64,000 nt of DNA, from the NCBI RefSeq assembly GCF_009914755.1, contig NC_060937.1. One strand, given 5' to 3'. Shown piece by piece: positions 16,909-30,796 of the stretch. Positions within the stretch are counted from its first letter, which is position 1; each line of letters opens with the position of its first letter. Under the pieces are notes generated by a model that had not been told where the DNA came from, searched no databases, and saw nothing but the letters and a program-made list of their open reading frames with translations. Made by a program: the position numbers and the translations under genes. Source of the DNA: the human T2T-CHM13v2.0 reference genome, Homo sapiens.

Positions 16909-18095
16909 TAGCCACACGTATGCATAAATGTGCACACACATAAACACACCATTCCTACAAATGTACACCTTATATAAATTAAATTTGTTATGAAAAATTT
17001 TTTTCTAAAAAAATTACTTCAGAACTACATGGCTTTCTACTTAAATTCTGTCAGACCATTAATAAAGAATTGTCATAATTCTTATACAATTCCTTTTAGA
17101 AAATACTGAAAGAATATCCTATATAAAACTTTTCAGGAAATAGAAGAATAACTTTCTAACTTGTTTTATTAGTTCATCATAACCCTAGTAACAAAATCTG
17201 ATAGAGACAAAAATGCAGAGCAATGTCGCTTGTGAATACAGATTCAGAAATACTGAACAGGATATTAGCAAATCAAACCCAGATATACATAAAAAGAACC
17301 CTATATTAAAACACAGTAAGGTTTTTCTTAGAAATTCAGATCTATTTGACATACGAAATGGAATCAGAGCATTTCACCACTATACCAAAATAAAGTATAA
17401 CCCATACAATCATTTTAATAGATGCATATAAATAATTTGAAAACAATACCATCCATTCATGATTTTTAAAAATACCAGCAAGCTAAGAATATAAGAGAAC
17501 TTTCTTTATCTAACAAGATCTATGAACAATTTATAGCACATAGTCAACAATAAACTGTTCACTTCTTTCCCTCTCGGATGAAGCACAAGATATTGGCAGG
17601 CTCTCACCAATTCTGTTCAGGTTTGTTCTGCAGTTTCTAGTCAGGAACATAAAAATAAAAATAATAAATAAATAAATAAATAAATAAATAAAGTATGTAA
17701 ACATCAAAGAGGAAGAAGGAAAACTCTCTGTATTTGCAAATGACATGATTCTGTCCATACGAAATCTTACAAAAATTTGCAAAACAGTTACAAGAACTAA
17801 TAAGTTAATTGGACAAAGTAATGGACTATGAGATTCATATACAGGCCTAAATTTCATAGTTACTTACTAGCAGAAAACAATTGAAAATAAAAATAAAAAT
17901 CAATTACAATAACATCAAATATCACTTTAAAATACTTAGAAATTAATTTAATAAAATATGACCAGGATCACCACACTGAAAGTATAAAATGTTGATGCAA
18001 GAAACAAAGACACTCTTAAAAATGAAGATATGTACAGTGATCATGGATTGAAAGATCTAATATTGTTAAGCAGTAAATTTTACAAATGTAATCTA

Positions 18096-18451
<356 letters not shown>

Positions 18452-18536
18452 GTGACATCCAAATAAATAAGTGAATAATAAGGTCCTAATAAATAAGTGA
18501 ATAAATAAGGTCCTAACAGTCAACTTAAAGCCCAGT

Positions 18537-19235
18537 TGTTATAGGTAGCTAGATAGGTATGAGCAGGGTAAGAGGGGGCTCTCCCCAGACTCAATAGGAA
18601 TATCAGGTGATTGTTTGACAATTATCACACTGACTCTCTAAAAATGATAATTCAGCAGCCCACCCAGAGTGCCAGGGAGAGGCTGTCTCCTGATGATTAA
18701 CAGCTATTAACATTAAAAGTGTTAACTGAATGCAGATGCCAGGGAGAAGAAACTGAGCATGCGCACTAAGAGACAAAACGGTGAAATATGAGCTTCTGGG
18801 TACACTCCACCAAAAAAAGGGAAGAAAACCTCAAACGGATATGCATAAACATCGTAAACACACTGAGCGTGCTCATTTCCCAAGGCTAAGGAAGGCACTG
18901 CGCATGCGGGAAGCCCACCATAAGGGAAGAATCATGGGAAACAGGCAAGCCTATAAAGCCCCATGATCAATGTTAAACACCCTTTAGTTTCTCTCTGTGA
19001 CCTTCAGGCGCCCTCTTGGATATCTTCCAAGTGATCTCTCCTTTCTTTCCTGTTCTGAAGCCTTTTTAAATAAACTTCCACTCCTGCTATGAAACTCGCT
19101 CTTGGTCTCTTTTTCTGCTTGACACACCTCAGTCAAATTCTTTCTTCTGAGGAGGCAAGGACTGAAGTTGCTGCAGACCCATGCGGGTATGCCGCTGGTA
19201 ACTCAGGGTAACTCTGATCTCTCCCACAGGTAACA
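18537..19235 (+). mobile_element. ERV1 solo LTR (MER50-like)
   Basis: TG...CA ends, perfect TSD CAGT, TATAAA about 18952 and AATAAA about 19069. Confidence 0.85.
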
Positions 19236-19380
19236 CAGTCATATATTGTTTTTAAATTTTAATATTTTAATTCTGGATCTCTAGAAGCTAATTATGTTGT
19301 TACTGCTTCTTCAAGTCAATGTTTTCTTATTTCTTTGACACATGGCTCATTACTTTTAAAAGCCAAAGGTGTATGGAAAT

Positions 19381-19992
19381 TGTAAACCAAAAATGAAATT
19401 CTAAGCGCCCCCGCCCCGCCCCAACCATCTGAATGGACTTTCTCCTCTTGGCCAGGGCACTCTTTTAAAATCTAACCTGAGAGACTTTGAGGCCGTGACA
19501 GGAAATGCGGGGTCAGATATGCCTCATTATACCTCTGCAGCACTAACATCAACACAGACCTTTAAGAAGCATTAACAAACATTTGCAATCTGTTCTCTCT
19601 GAAGCCTGCTACCTGGAGGTGTCATCTGCATGATTAAAATTTCTCTATAATCTCTTATCTTAAGTCAGACATTTCTTTCTATTAATCCCATGTCTTTTGA
19701 TAAACTCAACCAATTGTCAACCAGAAAATTTTTAGACCTACTTGTAAGCTGGAGTACCTATAAGCCCACTTCAAGTTGTCCCACCTTTCTGGACTTAACC
19801 AATGTATTCCTTGTATGTATTTGATTGAAGTCTCATGTGTCCCTAAAATGTATAAAACCAAGCTGCACCCAGACCACTTTGGGCACACATTCTCAGAGTC
19901 TCCTGAGGGTGGTGTCATAGGCCATAATCACTCACATTTCACTCAGAATAAATCTTTTCAAATATTTTACAGAGTTTGTCTCTTAATCGACA
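19381..19992 (+). mobile_element. ERV1 solo LTR (MER4A-like)
   Basis: Starts tgtaaaccaaaaatgaaattctaag and ends tcgaca; TSD AAAT. Confidence 0.88.
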
Positions 19993-20640
19993 AAATCAAA
20001 ATTGTGACCTTGAAACAAATAAAAATGTTCCTCTTGGTTGATTTAATTACTTTCAGAATGACAGGTAAATTTTAACTACTACAAAATTTACCTGTTTTTT
20101 GTTTTTGTATATGGTGGATAAAGTAATATTTCTATCACTCAGATATCCCTCAAAGCTAGAATATATTAGAGTTCATTTAAATTGTAACAGTTTTCCAAAG
20201 TTTTTGCCTGTGTGTAAGGGAAAATACTTGATCTTATTATTTCGTGTGATTCTGATGAGTAATTTAGTATCATTCTAGGATTAAAACAAAGGATCTTATT
20301 TTGACCATTGCATGTAAAAAGTACTCATTTAATTGGTTATTTTCAAGATATCATAATTTATTTAACCTATTACAAAGTAGTAATGAAAGAAGAGTAAATA
20401 TTGAAGTGATATTTAGCCATGGAATTCAGAAGCATGATTACCGCTTGAACAGGAGTAAAACTAAGGAAAAAACAGACACCAAAGATGCTAAAATAAATAA
20501 TATTACTTTACTATTTAACATGGTGTTGTTTCTCAGTCTAACCCAGAACTGCAGTAACTCAGTCAGCACCATGAGAAAGGCTCTCTAATCCCAATGGGCT
20601 TGGCTGGTCTAAAACCATAGCAGACTCTGGGGCCTTTTTT

Positions 20641-20724
20641 GCCAACCTTTGCCCTCCCACTCTCCATTGCCAACCTTTGCCTTCCCGCTCTCCATTGCCA
20701 ACCTTTGCCCTCCTGTTCTCCATT
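20641..20724. repeat. 28-bp tandem repeat x3
   Basis: Unit GCCAACCTTTGCCYTCC...TCTCCATT. Confidence 0.9.
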
Positions 20725-22604
20725 TTCAGTGCTCAAATGTGAGTCTCTGATGCAAGAAAAGGCCAAATCAAAGCAAACTTGCCAACATCACAAGAAAAAA
20801 CGGTAAGAGAATCAGCAGCTGACTGATTATTTTTATCAATTCCTAGGGCACAAGAACCCATTAAAGGTTGCTTTTTGTTTCTTGTATTCTCATTCTGGAG
20901 TAGTAGCTATAACAAGCGTAGTGGGCCCCATTGCATTTAATGGGATAAAATGAAGAAAAAAAAAAGGTTAGGGAGCTGATTCGAGTTTATTCTGGCTGAA
21001 AACTCCAAACTAAACCTTTCTATAACAAAAGTTTTAGGCAGAAAAATAAATAGCACAGTTGTTTTTGTGTTTATTATTTGGTTGGTTGGTTCTGATACTT
21101 TTTCTCTATCAAAAGTTTTCCTATTGAAGAATTAGCTAATTAGTGTTTTTACACATATGCAACACCCCTTACATTTGAATATAGTGTCTTTTATTTTTCA
21201 TAGCTTGGGTTGATTAAGGCATTAGTTGTTAAAAAGAGACAATAGAAACACTACATTGATGTGTCAATACATATAAAACTTGTTTGGAGTTTCACTGTTA
21301 ATCCAGAATTATGTGCTAATAATTCAGTAAGTGAAGTAATCAATTACAAGATTGTATACAACAGGATTTTTGCATTAAAATGTATTCATGAAAAAAATAC
21401 ATCTTCCTTTCCTTATGCAAGGGGAAAAAAAAACGCTTTTACTATATGTGCAATCATTAGTGCGATATGTTGTAAATAAGACTATACTAAACTCTGAAGG
21501 CCCAATTTTCTCCTTTGGCCTTGACTAAACTTTGTTATTATTTTAATTTTTCTGTGATATCATCAAGGTCAAATTATTTGCCTATATTTCTTGACCACTA
21601 CTATGAACTTGCTAATGCTTCAATTCTTTATAAATTATGAAATGTGCTAATTAAAGCTGAAATCCTTTGAGGTATTCAAGATACAATGTATTGATTGACT
21701 TTGACCTGCACCACAGGATACGGTCAGAATCCAATAATGAATATTATACAGGAATCATTCCTGCTATCTGATGATCAGATACCAAAGGGAAAAAACAAAT
21801 AGAAAAATCAAGACAATGCAGAGAAAACTGAGACACTTGGACTGCTACAGTATTTCAGCCATATCACTATTGACATTTATGAAAACAATTGGCTCATGCA
21901 GGAAGGGAGCAAACCATAGAGACCAGCCTGTTATGATTTTGAGGATTACTTTAATATTGCTGCATACAAAAATACTATGGTTTCCATTCTATATCAGGCT
22001 ATTAAGCTTTTACTTCTTAAACTTTTTACATTAAATTTTGCAAATATTTTATTCATTATTATCTGTATTTGTTAACAAGTTTTTAATAGCTTGGCATGGA
22101 GTCTTATATTAAAGCAGATTAAAATTATAATTAAAACTATTTCTTTAATCATAATGAAAGACAGCAGAGGAAGGGGTGCAGACAAGAGAAATATTAGAAG
22201 TAGGAACAGAACAATTATTGAAAATTAGTTTAACAGAACCTGCAATAAGCTACTTGTTGCATTGTTATGCACAATTACACGCAAAAGCTGTATGAAACTA
22301 TTATGATGATCTGAGATATATACATATTAAGATTTCAGGGGTTTAAACTGGATATTCTCTCACCTCTATTCAATAACATACATTTTTGCCTATAATTTGC
22401 ATATAAGTTATGTGGGATAAAAATTAAGTATTCAATAATAAATACCCTTGCATTTGCACTTATTTGTTTGCTTTAAATTAATAAGACTCACCTTAATACT
22501 AATTTAAAATCAGAATATTCTACCATTGTGCAGAATTTGAAAGTATACGTCCATAACTACTAAGTTAGAGTAGGGGTAGTAACAGCAGCACTTGAATGAA
22601 AAAC

Positions 22605-22795
22605 TCTCAAATCAGACTTTCTCAGTTTTCATCTTAACTCTGGCACTTACTAGCTCTGTGGGTTTGGGAAAGTTATATGACCTCTTTTAAAAATCGTTTT
22701 TATGACCTCTTTTAAAAATCGTTTTACATATTGTTACAAAGGTGACACTATTAGTGTCTAATTCTTAGAGTTGTTATGAAGATTATATAATATTA
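22605..22795 (+). mobile_element. MIR containing a perfect 25-bp tandem duplication
   Basis: MIR core acttactagctctgtg...gggaaagttat; duplication at 22676-22700 and 22701-22725. Confidence 0.75.
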
Positions 22796-23664
22796 GCCAA
22801 CCAGGATGTCATTATCAAATAGCGGCGGCAGCAGCAGCATTGCCTTCACAATTTTCTACGCTTTCCTTTGTTTAGCATTAAATATGTGCTGAGCATGTCC
22901 CTTTTGCTATCTAGTTAATTCTCTCTCAAAACGTCTAAAGTAGGTCAGGAATAAAACATAGATGTCTACAATAACCCGGCACCTGGATGAAGAGGACAGG
23001 GGAGGTAATATGGAATGTTGGAAAAGTTTCAAAGTGGAGGAGACAATCTTCTGTAAAGCAAGCAGGCATTAGCTTCAGGGGATTCCTGTCATGCTGGCCC
23101 AATTTTGTCAAAATTTCTTTCTTTTCAGTAAAGCCAGTAATCTGTATTTGGGATTAAAATCTACTTCTGCTTAATGTTAGAAAAAAACTAAATAATTTAA
23201 GACACTTATGAGGCCAACATCATAGGACACATTTTTGATGGCTACCTGTTTGCTGCCTCATAAATGGGCATTAGTACTCAGTTTTTCAGTGGAGCAAGAG
23301 TGAACACAGAACTTACCTAAGGTCAAGAAGCATGTAAGTGCTTGCGCTAGTATTTTAGATAAATATCATCTAATTCCATATTCCCTTTTAACTATGTTGC
23401 ATGGCCTCATATCTTAATGTATGATCTCTAGGTAAATATGCAGGATTTATATCCACTTGACTACATTATCACCTTCACCACATCTCAGAGGATGTTGCTC
23501 TCAAACAATAAAAATTACCTTCAAAACTTTAAGTGTATTTTTCTCACATCATTAATTTTAATAGCATGAGGTATCACTTAGTATGATTCCATGTTTGCTG
23601 CATACTTAGAAAATCATCTTTCCTATTTCACCTTCCTGCACAGGTACCACAACCCATCTCTATG

Positions 23665-23840
23665 CAGGACCAGTTATGTAATGCGTAGTGCACAGTGCAA
23701 AACAAAAACGTGGGGCTCCTTGTTTGGATCCAATAAGAATGTCAAGACAGTGACAGCAGAGCTTTAAATCAAGCATGCGGCACTGCTGAGCATGGAGCCC
23801 AGGGCAACTGCACAGGCTGGACGCTTTTGAGGCCATCTTT
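23665..23840 (-). mobile_element. MER45A-like hAT element
   Basis: cagtgcaaaacaaaaacgtggggctccttgtt...gacagcagagctttaaatcaagc. Confidence 0.75.
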
Positions 23841-25259
23841 GCCTCAGTGACACACGCAGTGAGATGGCCTCTCCTAATTGAGCAAGTCCCCAGATGATCT
23901 CAATATGGGGTTCAGGGCTTTCTAAACTTGAGATTCAAATCTACGTATTTCTACAGGCCACTTTAGACATCCCAAATCCTTGCAATATTATTGTCCCCTT
24001 TTATTTGTTTGGATTATATAAACTCTGGCTTTAATGAGCACAGTCTAGTGAGTACATTATATTATTAAATCTTAGGTTTATACATACACGTATGTTAATG
24101 TATCCCAAATAAAAATATAATGATAACAATTTCTAAATGAAGCTCTCAGATAACAAATGAATTTATAAACCCTTATTGGCTTTTGATATTTAAAATAATA
24201 CCTGCAAGCTATGACACATTTTAAGAACACAGACGCTTATAAAACAATTAACATAGAAGCCTTCTTTTCCTCTTAATCTCACTCCTCGGGTAGCTACGGG
24301 TTATAACTGTTTGGTGTGTGTTCTTCCTAAATTTTTGTTTTCCTATAAAACATAAAAACAAGGAAGATATGTGGTAGATATATTTGTAAGCCATCATCTC
24401 ATTCTTTCAAATGACTTCCTATTATTACATATCATGGACGCCTTCCTATTATCCCATGTCATGAATATACTAGAATTTATTTAGCAATTCCTTATTGGTG
24501 GGCACTTGAGCTACTGTCAGTTTATGTGTGTTTTGTACTACATTTTAAACTTATTCTGAGTAAGTAAGAACTTGTTATAGCAGGGATACTAGCAATGTAA
24601 ATGATACATAAGCAAGGTTCAGTACTTGACCATTGAAGCTTTTGGTGGAGAAACAGTATGATCAAAGGTGTATGTTAGAATAATGCAAGGTGGGTGCTGA
24701 ATTGGAATGTGACTCTAAGCAGAGAAGACCAGTAGGCTATTTCTACAATCATCTAGATATGAGAATCTGAAGATTTGAATAGGGGCTATGATAGTAAGAA
24801 AGGAGATAAAAGATTCTAGAATTACTATTCATATTCCATTAACTGGGAGAAATTGGTAGTGACAAAGAAGTTGTTAATTCCTAACTACAACTAAATCAAA
24901 TCTAAAGTCAGCTTTTGATTTTCTAATGGTGGGACACAGAAGAGAGCTGGGACATGCTTCTGGTTAGTGGATGAATGCTGATCATTCATTTTGGGAATGG
25001 GTCAAGCCTTGGGAGCATATGTGACTTGAGGTGGAGGCAGGAAGCTGAGAAAAGGAGGCCAAACAGAGTTCTGATCTCTCTTCTCTGCTTACATCAAAGG
25101 CAGCTCTTCTGCCTCCTGGGTTCTTGCTTCCCCGCTTGACAGTTGGCCAATAAATGCTCTCAGCTGGAGAGGTAAAGGGGTCCCAGCTCACTGCTCAGCC
25201 TCAACCATGTATAATTCAGCCTCAAATAACCAAAATGTAACCCTTTTTGGGAAAAAGAA

Positions 25260-25765
25260 CTGACAGGAGATGGTGGCTGATTAGATATAGGAATAAAGAA
25301 GAGTTAAAGACAGCTATGAGATTTCAAACCCGAATGAATGGGATAATATAACATTAATTGAAAGAACTTGGCAAAGGGATCAATTTTTTTTCTTTTTAGT
25401 TGAATCAGGAGAGAAAGGAATGTATTTAAATTTTTTAAATGCAAGATGGAGAACATACAATTAGAAACTGAAAATTTTGTCCTGGAACTCTATAGAGAAT
25501 TCAGTCGGAGTCATCATCATGTGGCTAAGCTTTCGCCCTATGAAAGACAGAATTTGTCAAGAAAGTCAGAGAAAGCACTGTGGTGAACAGCAGCATTTGA
25601 TGATGGGAAGAACAGAGAGTGGTCTTAGACAGAGTTATCCTAGAAGCCAGAAGAGGAGGGTGCAATTTCAGAAAAGTGAGGTTCACATCATTAAATACCA
25701 TGCATGGACTGAGAGGACACAGGCCAAGAAGGACTTGCCAGATCTGCTAACTGAGGATAGTTAGT
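25260..25765 (-). mobile_element. L2 fragments
   Basis: Purine-rich decayed L2 motifs. Confidence 0.45.
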
Positions 25766-27096
25766 GCCCACTGGGCCAGGGCCAGGGCCAGGGCCAGATG
25801 GCAGCCTGGTGCAAGTCTGTGTGGGGAACACACAAGTCCATGACTCCAGCTTAGGCAGAGCAGGGCGAGAAGGAAAATTAACAAGAGGCGAGAAAGGGAG
25901 AGTAGGGATTCCTGCACCCATGTTTAGGGGATTCTCCTTCCCTTTTCAGGTTTCAGTATCACTCTGAACCACAAGTGGATGTTGTCTTTTTGTTCTTTCC
26001 CATCATCAGTAAAGAACTCCAATTTTCCATTTTTGATATAGAACTAAAATTTGTTACATGTTATGATGGGAATAAAAATGTTCATTCCTTCAACTGAAAG
26101 AATTTTCCTTCTGACTGTATTGGAGTTAAGCTTTTGGTTCTCTCATCCTTAGGCTGTTTACAGCAAGGAAAACCTGGAATGACCTAAATGTCCAACAACT
26201 GGCAGACTGCTTAATTAGATACATTCAATAATTCAACATTAGTTTCATTTTTCTCTTTGCTATCTAAATACTCTCTTTTCAGGTGTAATGAATCATAAAA
26301 TTTGACAAGAGGAACTTCATGTGGGCTGACCATTAACTTAGGTTTACACTCTCTGTTATCAGAGAAGTCCTCACCTAAAGAGTACACTTCTTTCTCGAGG
26401 ATTTGGCAGTAAGGTTAGCATCTTTTTCTTTATTTAGAACAGTATCAATAAGAAACATTGTACAGACATTCTGCTTCCACCTGCCCTCAAGGTCCTGACC
26501 AACTCTCCCACCTTGCACAGATGCATCACCTCAAAAGCCTGTATCCAGATCCGTTCTAATGCTCAGGCTCTTTACTGAATATGAAGCCCCGTCTGCTATT
26601 GCCCAATCCCGTGTAATCAACCCACATCTGCACAACAGGCTAAGAGGCAAATTCCAGATTGGAGACATCTGGTCAGCCCATCCTCTGAAAAGTCATTATT
26701 TTGATGACAGATGTTTTTGCATTCGGTTGAATCTTGTGCCTTAAACTTTGCACCTTAATGGTCTCATCTTACCCAAGCCCTGATTCTTCTGATCCTAGTT
26801 TACATTTATTTTACCAAGGGATTTTGGCAAAAGACATATGTGAGTTGCAAATTACACCCAGGTTATACACAAACCTCTCAGTAGTTATGGCTAATTTAAC
26901 AGTGTTATCTACTCTCCTTCATATTTCAAACATCTGAAAGAATGAAACATCTAAAGATTAAATATGAGACTCAAATGATGGGTGTAACATATAGAACTGA
27001 TGTACAGAAATGTATATATAACTAAGTGTATATGAGCATCTACAATTTTTTAAAAATCCTTGGATTTAATTTATTCACTTACATAATTATAAAAAC

Positions 27097-27341
<245 letters not shown>

Positions 27342-27867
27342 TTATATTTATCAAATAGCATGATTTTACTCTCAATGAAAAAAGTCACCAGAATTTATTT
27401 GTACACTGTAATACTTCAAATAAGATTTTAAAAAATCACTATCAGATTAAGTGGGGAAATTATCTATTGTAGAGTAATACCATTCTGTCAATAAAACTTT
27501 TAAATTTTTGATACCCAACCTAGTTTCATTTCATTGGATCTTTTATCAACTACTGGAACACTAAAGAAAGGAAATATATAAGGTATTTTTGAATTCATGG
27601 CATGAAAATTTAAGAAGCAGCAATAGCCACTAATGCTTAGATTCAATAGTATATTCCATAAAGTATATTTCTACAACAATATAAAATTGTCCTGCTTTTT
27701 TCTAATATGGTGAATGGTCTAAGTTTTTGCAAATTGCCTTCGCCTATATAAAACATATTTATTGCTTATTTATTATTTATTGCTGAATAACAGAAAAGTA
27801 CACAATTAAAATAAATATTGAACTCCATATCCCTCTGTTATTTTTTTCAAAAGAAAAAGGAATAGTG

Positions 27868-27873
27868 TTTTAT
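27868..27873 (-). other. Polyadenylation signal of the retrocopied SP3 mRNA
   Basis: TTTATT on plus, about 20 nt from the A-tract/TSD junction. Confidence 0.8.
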
Positions 27874-29248
27874 TAACTATCACACTGTTATAATACACTT
27901 TAAACATACATCAAGGTAGCCTTTAAATTTGAGATGGTCTCAAGAATAACAAATGAACAGAATTCCAAATTTTTGCAATAGGTGAACTGCTGCAGTTACA
28001 GGTATACATTTAGGAAAATTGTATAGCTCTTCCATGACCAGCATTGTAGCTTTATTTTGTACATTTTTTTAATTGAAAATATAAACTAATTTAAAAATAA
28101 AAAGAAAATACAGCATAATAAAAAAATACGTTCTCAATTAAATGTACTAGATACATATAAATTTTAAGGGAAGAAGCAAAAAAGGAAAATGATTGATATT
28201 TAAGTGCAGACTGACTACCTGGACAAAAAAAAAAAAAAGACAAAAAAATGATAAAACCTCTAGTTTGTCTATGACTAATATCCATATGGTTGGAGTATCG
28301 TCACTATGAAAGTGATTTGGTTATGTTCGCATATGTTATACTTTACTGGTAATTTACATGATGGCTTTTAAGGCGCTGGCAGACGTATGGTTTTTGAAAA
28401 CAAAATTGGATAAAAATCACTGCTAAGATGTGATACGCCTTATTGTTTTGGTCCCCCAATATTCAAGAAAAGGGACAATTCACTATAACATTTTCTTACC
28501 ATCCAAATACCTCAAGCTATACATTTTAAACCTTCTTAAACATTGGTTATGTTGCCCAATTTTGTTATTGAAATAATATTAACAAGACATTGTTTTGGCA
28601 AGTTAAATCTTAAACATGGCTTTTTAACAGGATTTAAAAGGTGACTATCCCTAGAGTTCCATGTTAAAATGTAGTTTTCAAAATCTTACCAGAGTAATGC
28701 TTAAAATTTGTAGATAGTTAACCTAATTAAAATAATTAGCTTCGAAACAACAAATTGATAAGCTAAGTAAAACTTACACTATGTAACATTTGTGTGGACA
28801 CTTGATTTGTCAGTTATGCATAATAAAAATTCCAGTCATCAAGAAAATTACAAAATTTTTATCATAACATGATTTCTTTCACCCACCAGCTTTATCTTAC
28901 AATAGATAAATACTAACATGTTCTCATTTTTACACTAAACCACACAGTATTGATGCATTTGGTTAGACTACCATTCGCATTGTTAAATTCAATTTTCTCT
29001 TTATATAACGTGGTAAAATTTCATTTCTTCTAGATTCCAAAAGTATCTACAAAATCCATGCAATTTTACCATTTTAATATACTATGGAATATCATACAAA
29101 GTAAGGCATTTCAGTGTCATGTATAACCAAGTTACTGTCAATCCAAAAATTTTTGCACATCAATACAAAGATATCTAAGAACTTAGGAACAATATTCTTC
29201 TCAGTACTGTATAAAAATAACCACAGTGAATATGTGTTTGTGTAATAT

Positions 29249-29857
29249 TTACTCCATTGTCTCATTTCCAGAAACTGTGACAAGCCGTAAAGGTATTTCA
29301 GTGTTGGTAAGGGTATCTGGATTGCTGGTGGCAGAGGTATTAACCGTTCCTATTCCTGAAACAGAAGCTTGTTGAATATTTGCAAGGATAAGTTTTGTTC
29401 CTCCTGCAGTAATCAAAGTATCGTCTTGCACAGCTTCCACAGATGCCAGCACCGTACTGCTAGAGTGAATACCTTTTTTATTCTGCTGTGTTTTAGTATG
29501 TTCGGCAAGATGGTCACTTCTCACAAAGCATTTTGAACATTCTGAACAAACAAATTTCTTCTCACCTGTATGTGTTCTACTGTGCCTCTGTAATTCATCA
29601 CTTCGAGTAAATCTTTTACCACAATACATCCAGTTACAAACAAAAGGGCATGGTCCAGAATGCCAATGTAGATGAGCTCTGAGATGTGAGGTCTTCCCAT
29701 AGACTTTACCACACCCCGGTATAGGACAAATGTGTTGCTTCTTTTTCCCAAGATTGGTACTTCTCCCACCACCTGCTTTACAGTTGGGGCAGGTGCAAGC
29801 TACCCTCTGAAGTCCTTTTCCTTCTTGATGTTGTTGGTCCCCTTCTTCATCTGCCAC
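29249..29857 (-). pseudogene. SP3P: Residual open frame of SP3 pseudogene: Btd box, 3 zinc fingers and C-terminal domain
   Basis: 202-aa ORF that starts at GTG rather than ATG and ends at the native stop. Finger 3 has lost its last His (HTKTQ). Confidence 0.9.
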
Positions 29858-29992
29858 GTGTACTCTTAACTGTGGTCACAACACAGTTGTGCCACTCTTC
29901 AGGATCAGGTTCTTCTTCCTTGATCCTAGTATCTACAGGACTGTCAGCATTCTCTCCTGGATGTAGCTGTATACCAGTAGAATCTATAGAGT

Positions 29993-30796
29993 TTACTGTA
30001 ACTGTAGATTTGACAACTGACCAGTGCTTAGACTAACTGGAGTTGAAGTGAAGGCTCCACCTGCCACAAATTGACCAAGTGTGAGTGTTTGAACAGGTGT
30101 CAAAGTTAGTTGTTGGGCAGCAGTTTTCTGTATTTGCAAATTCTGCAAGCTCTGGACACCTTGTATTTGAAACATTTGCCAAGTTATCTGTCCAGAAGGG
30201 GTCACTGTCTGTGCCCGAATTAAAAAGTTTCCAGGATTCAGCTGCAACTGAAGATTTTGCGAAGCCTGTTGTGATATATTTTGACCATTGGCTTGCACAC
30301 TATGGATTGTCTGTGGTGTAATACCTTGCACAATTTGGACTTCACTGGTTGGCGGCCGAGACTCTTGAAGTTGTAGATGTACAACAGGCTGTGCTGGAGA
30401 AATCTGAATATTCTGTGTCTGTGTCTCTTCAGAAACAGGTGACTGGATATAATTTCCCTGAAGATCTGAAGAATGAACTTGCCCACTAGAAGTAGTCAAG
30501 CTATTTGTGTTTTGTTGTAATATACCTATACTATGTATCCTAACAGCCAACTGTGATGAAGATGTTGGCACAAATAAATCTGTATCAGTATTAGTTTAAT
30601 TAATATCAGGAGAAACTCTCTCACCAGTCTTTTCTGAATTGTCTGAACTATCCGTACCTTGTCCTGTGTTTATCAAATGTCCATAGGCATTAATGCCTGC
30701 AGTCACTGTCTGAGAACTGTCGGAGAGTCCCAAAGAATCTAGATCGACACTATTGATTGGTACAAACGTAATATTTCCTGGCAGACCAAGAGGCAC
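29993..30796 (-). pseudogene. SP3P: SP3 pseudogene Ser/Thr-rich region and Gln-rich activation domain B
   Basis: ORFs 30596-30796 and 29993-30571 are in the same frame, separated by TAA at 30596-30598. The frame ends through a frameshift near 30000. Confidence 0.9.

Noticed and set aside
20641-20724. 28-bp repeats as a CRISPR array
   Set aside because: The units are head-to-tail with no spacers, in primate DNA with no cas genes.
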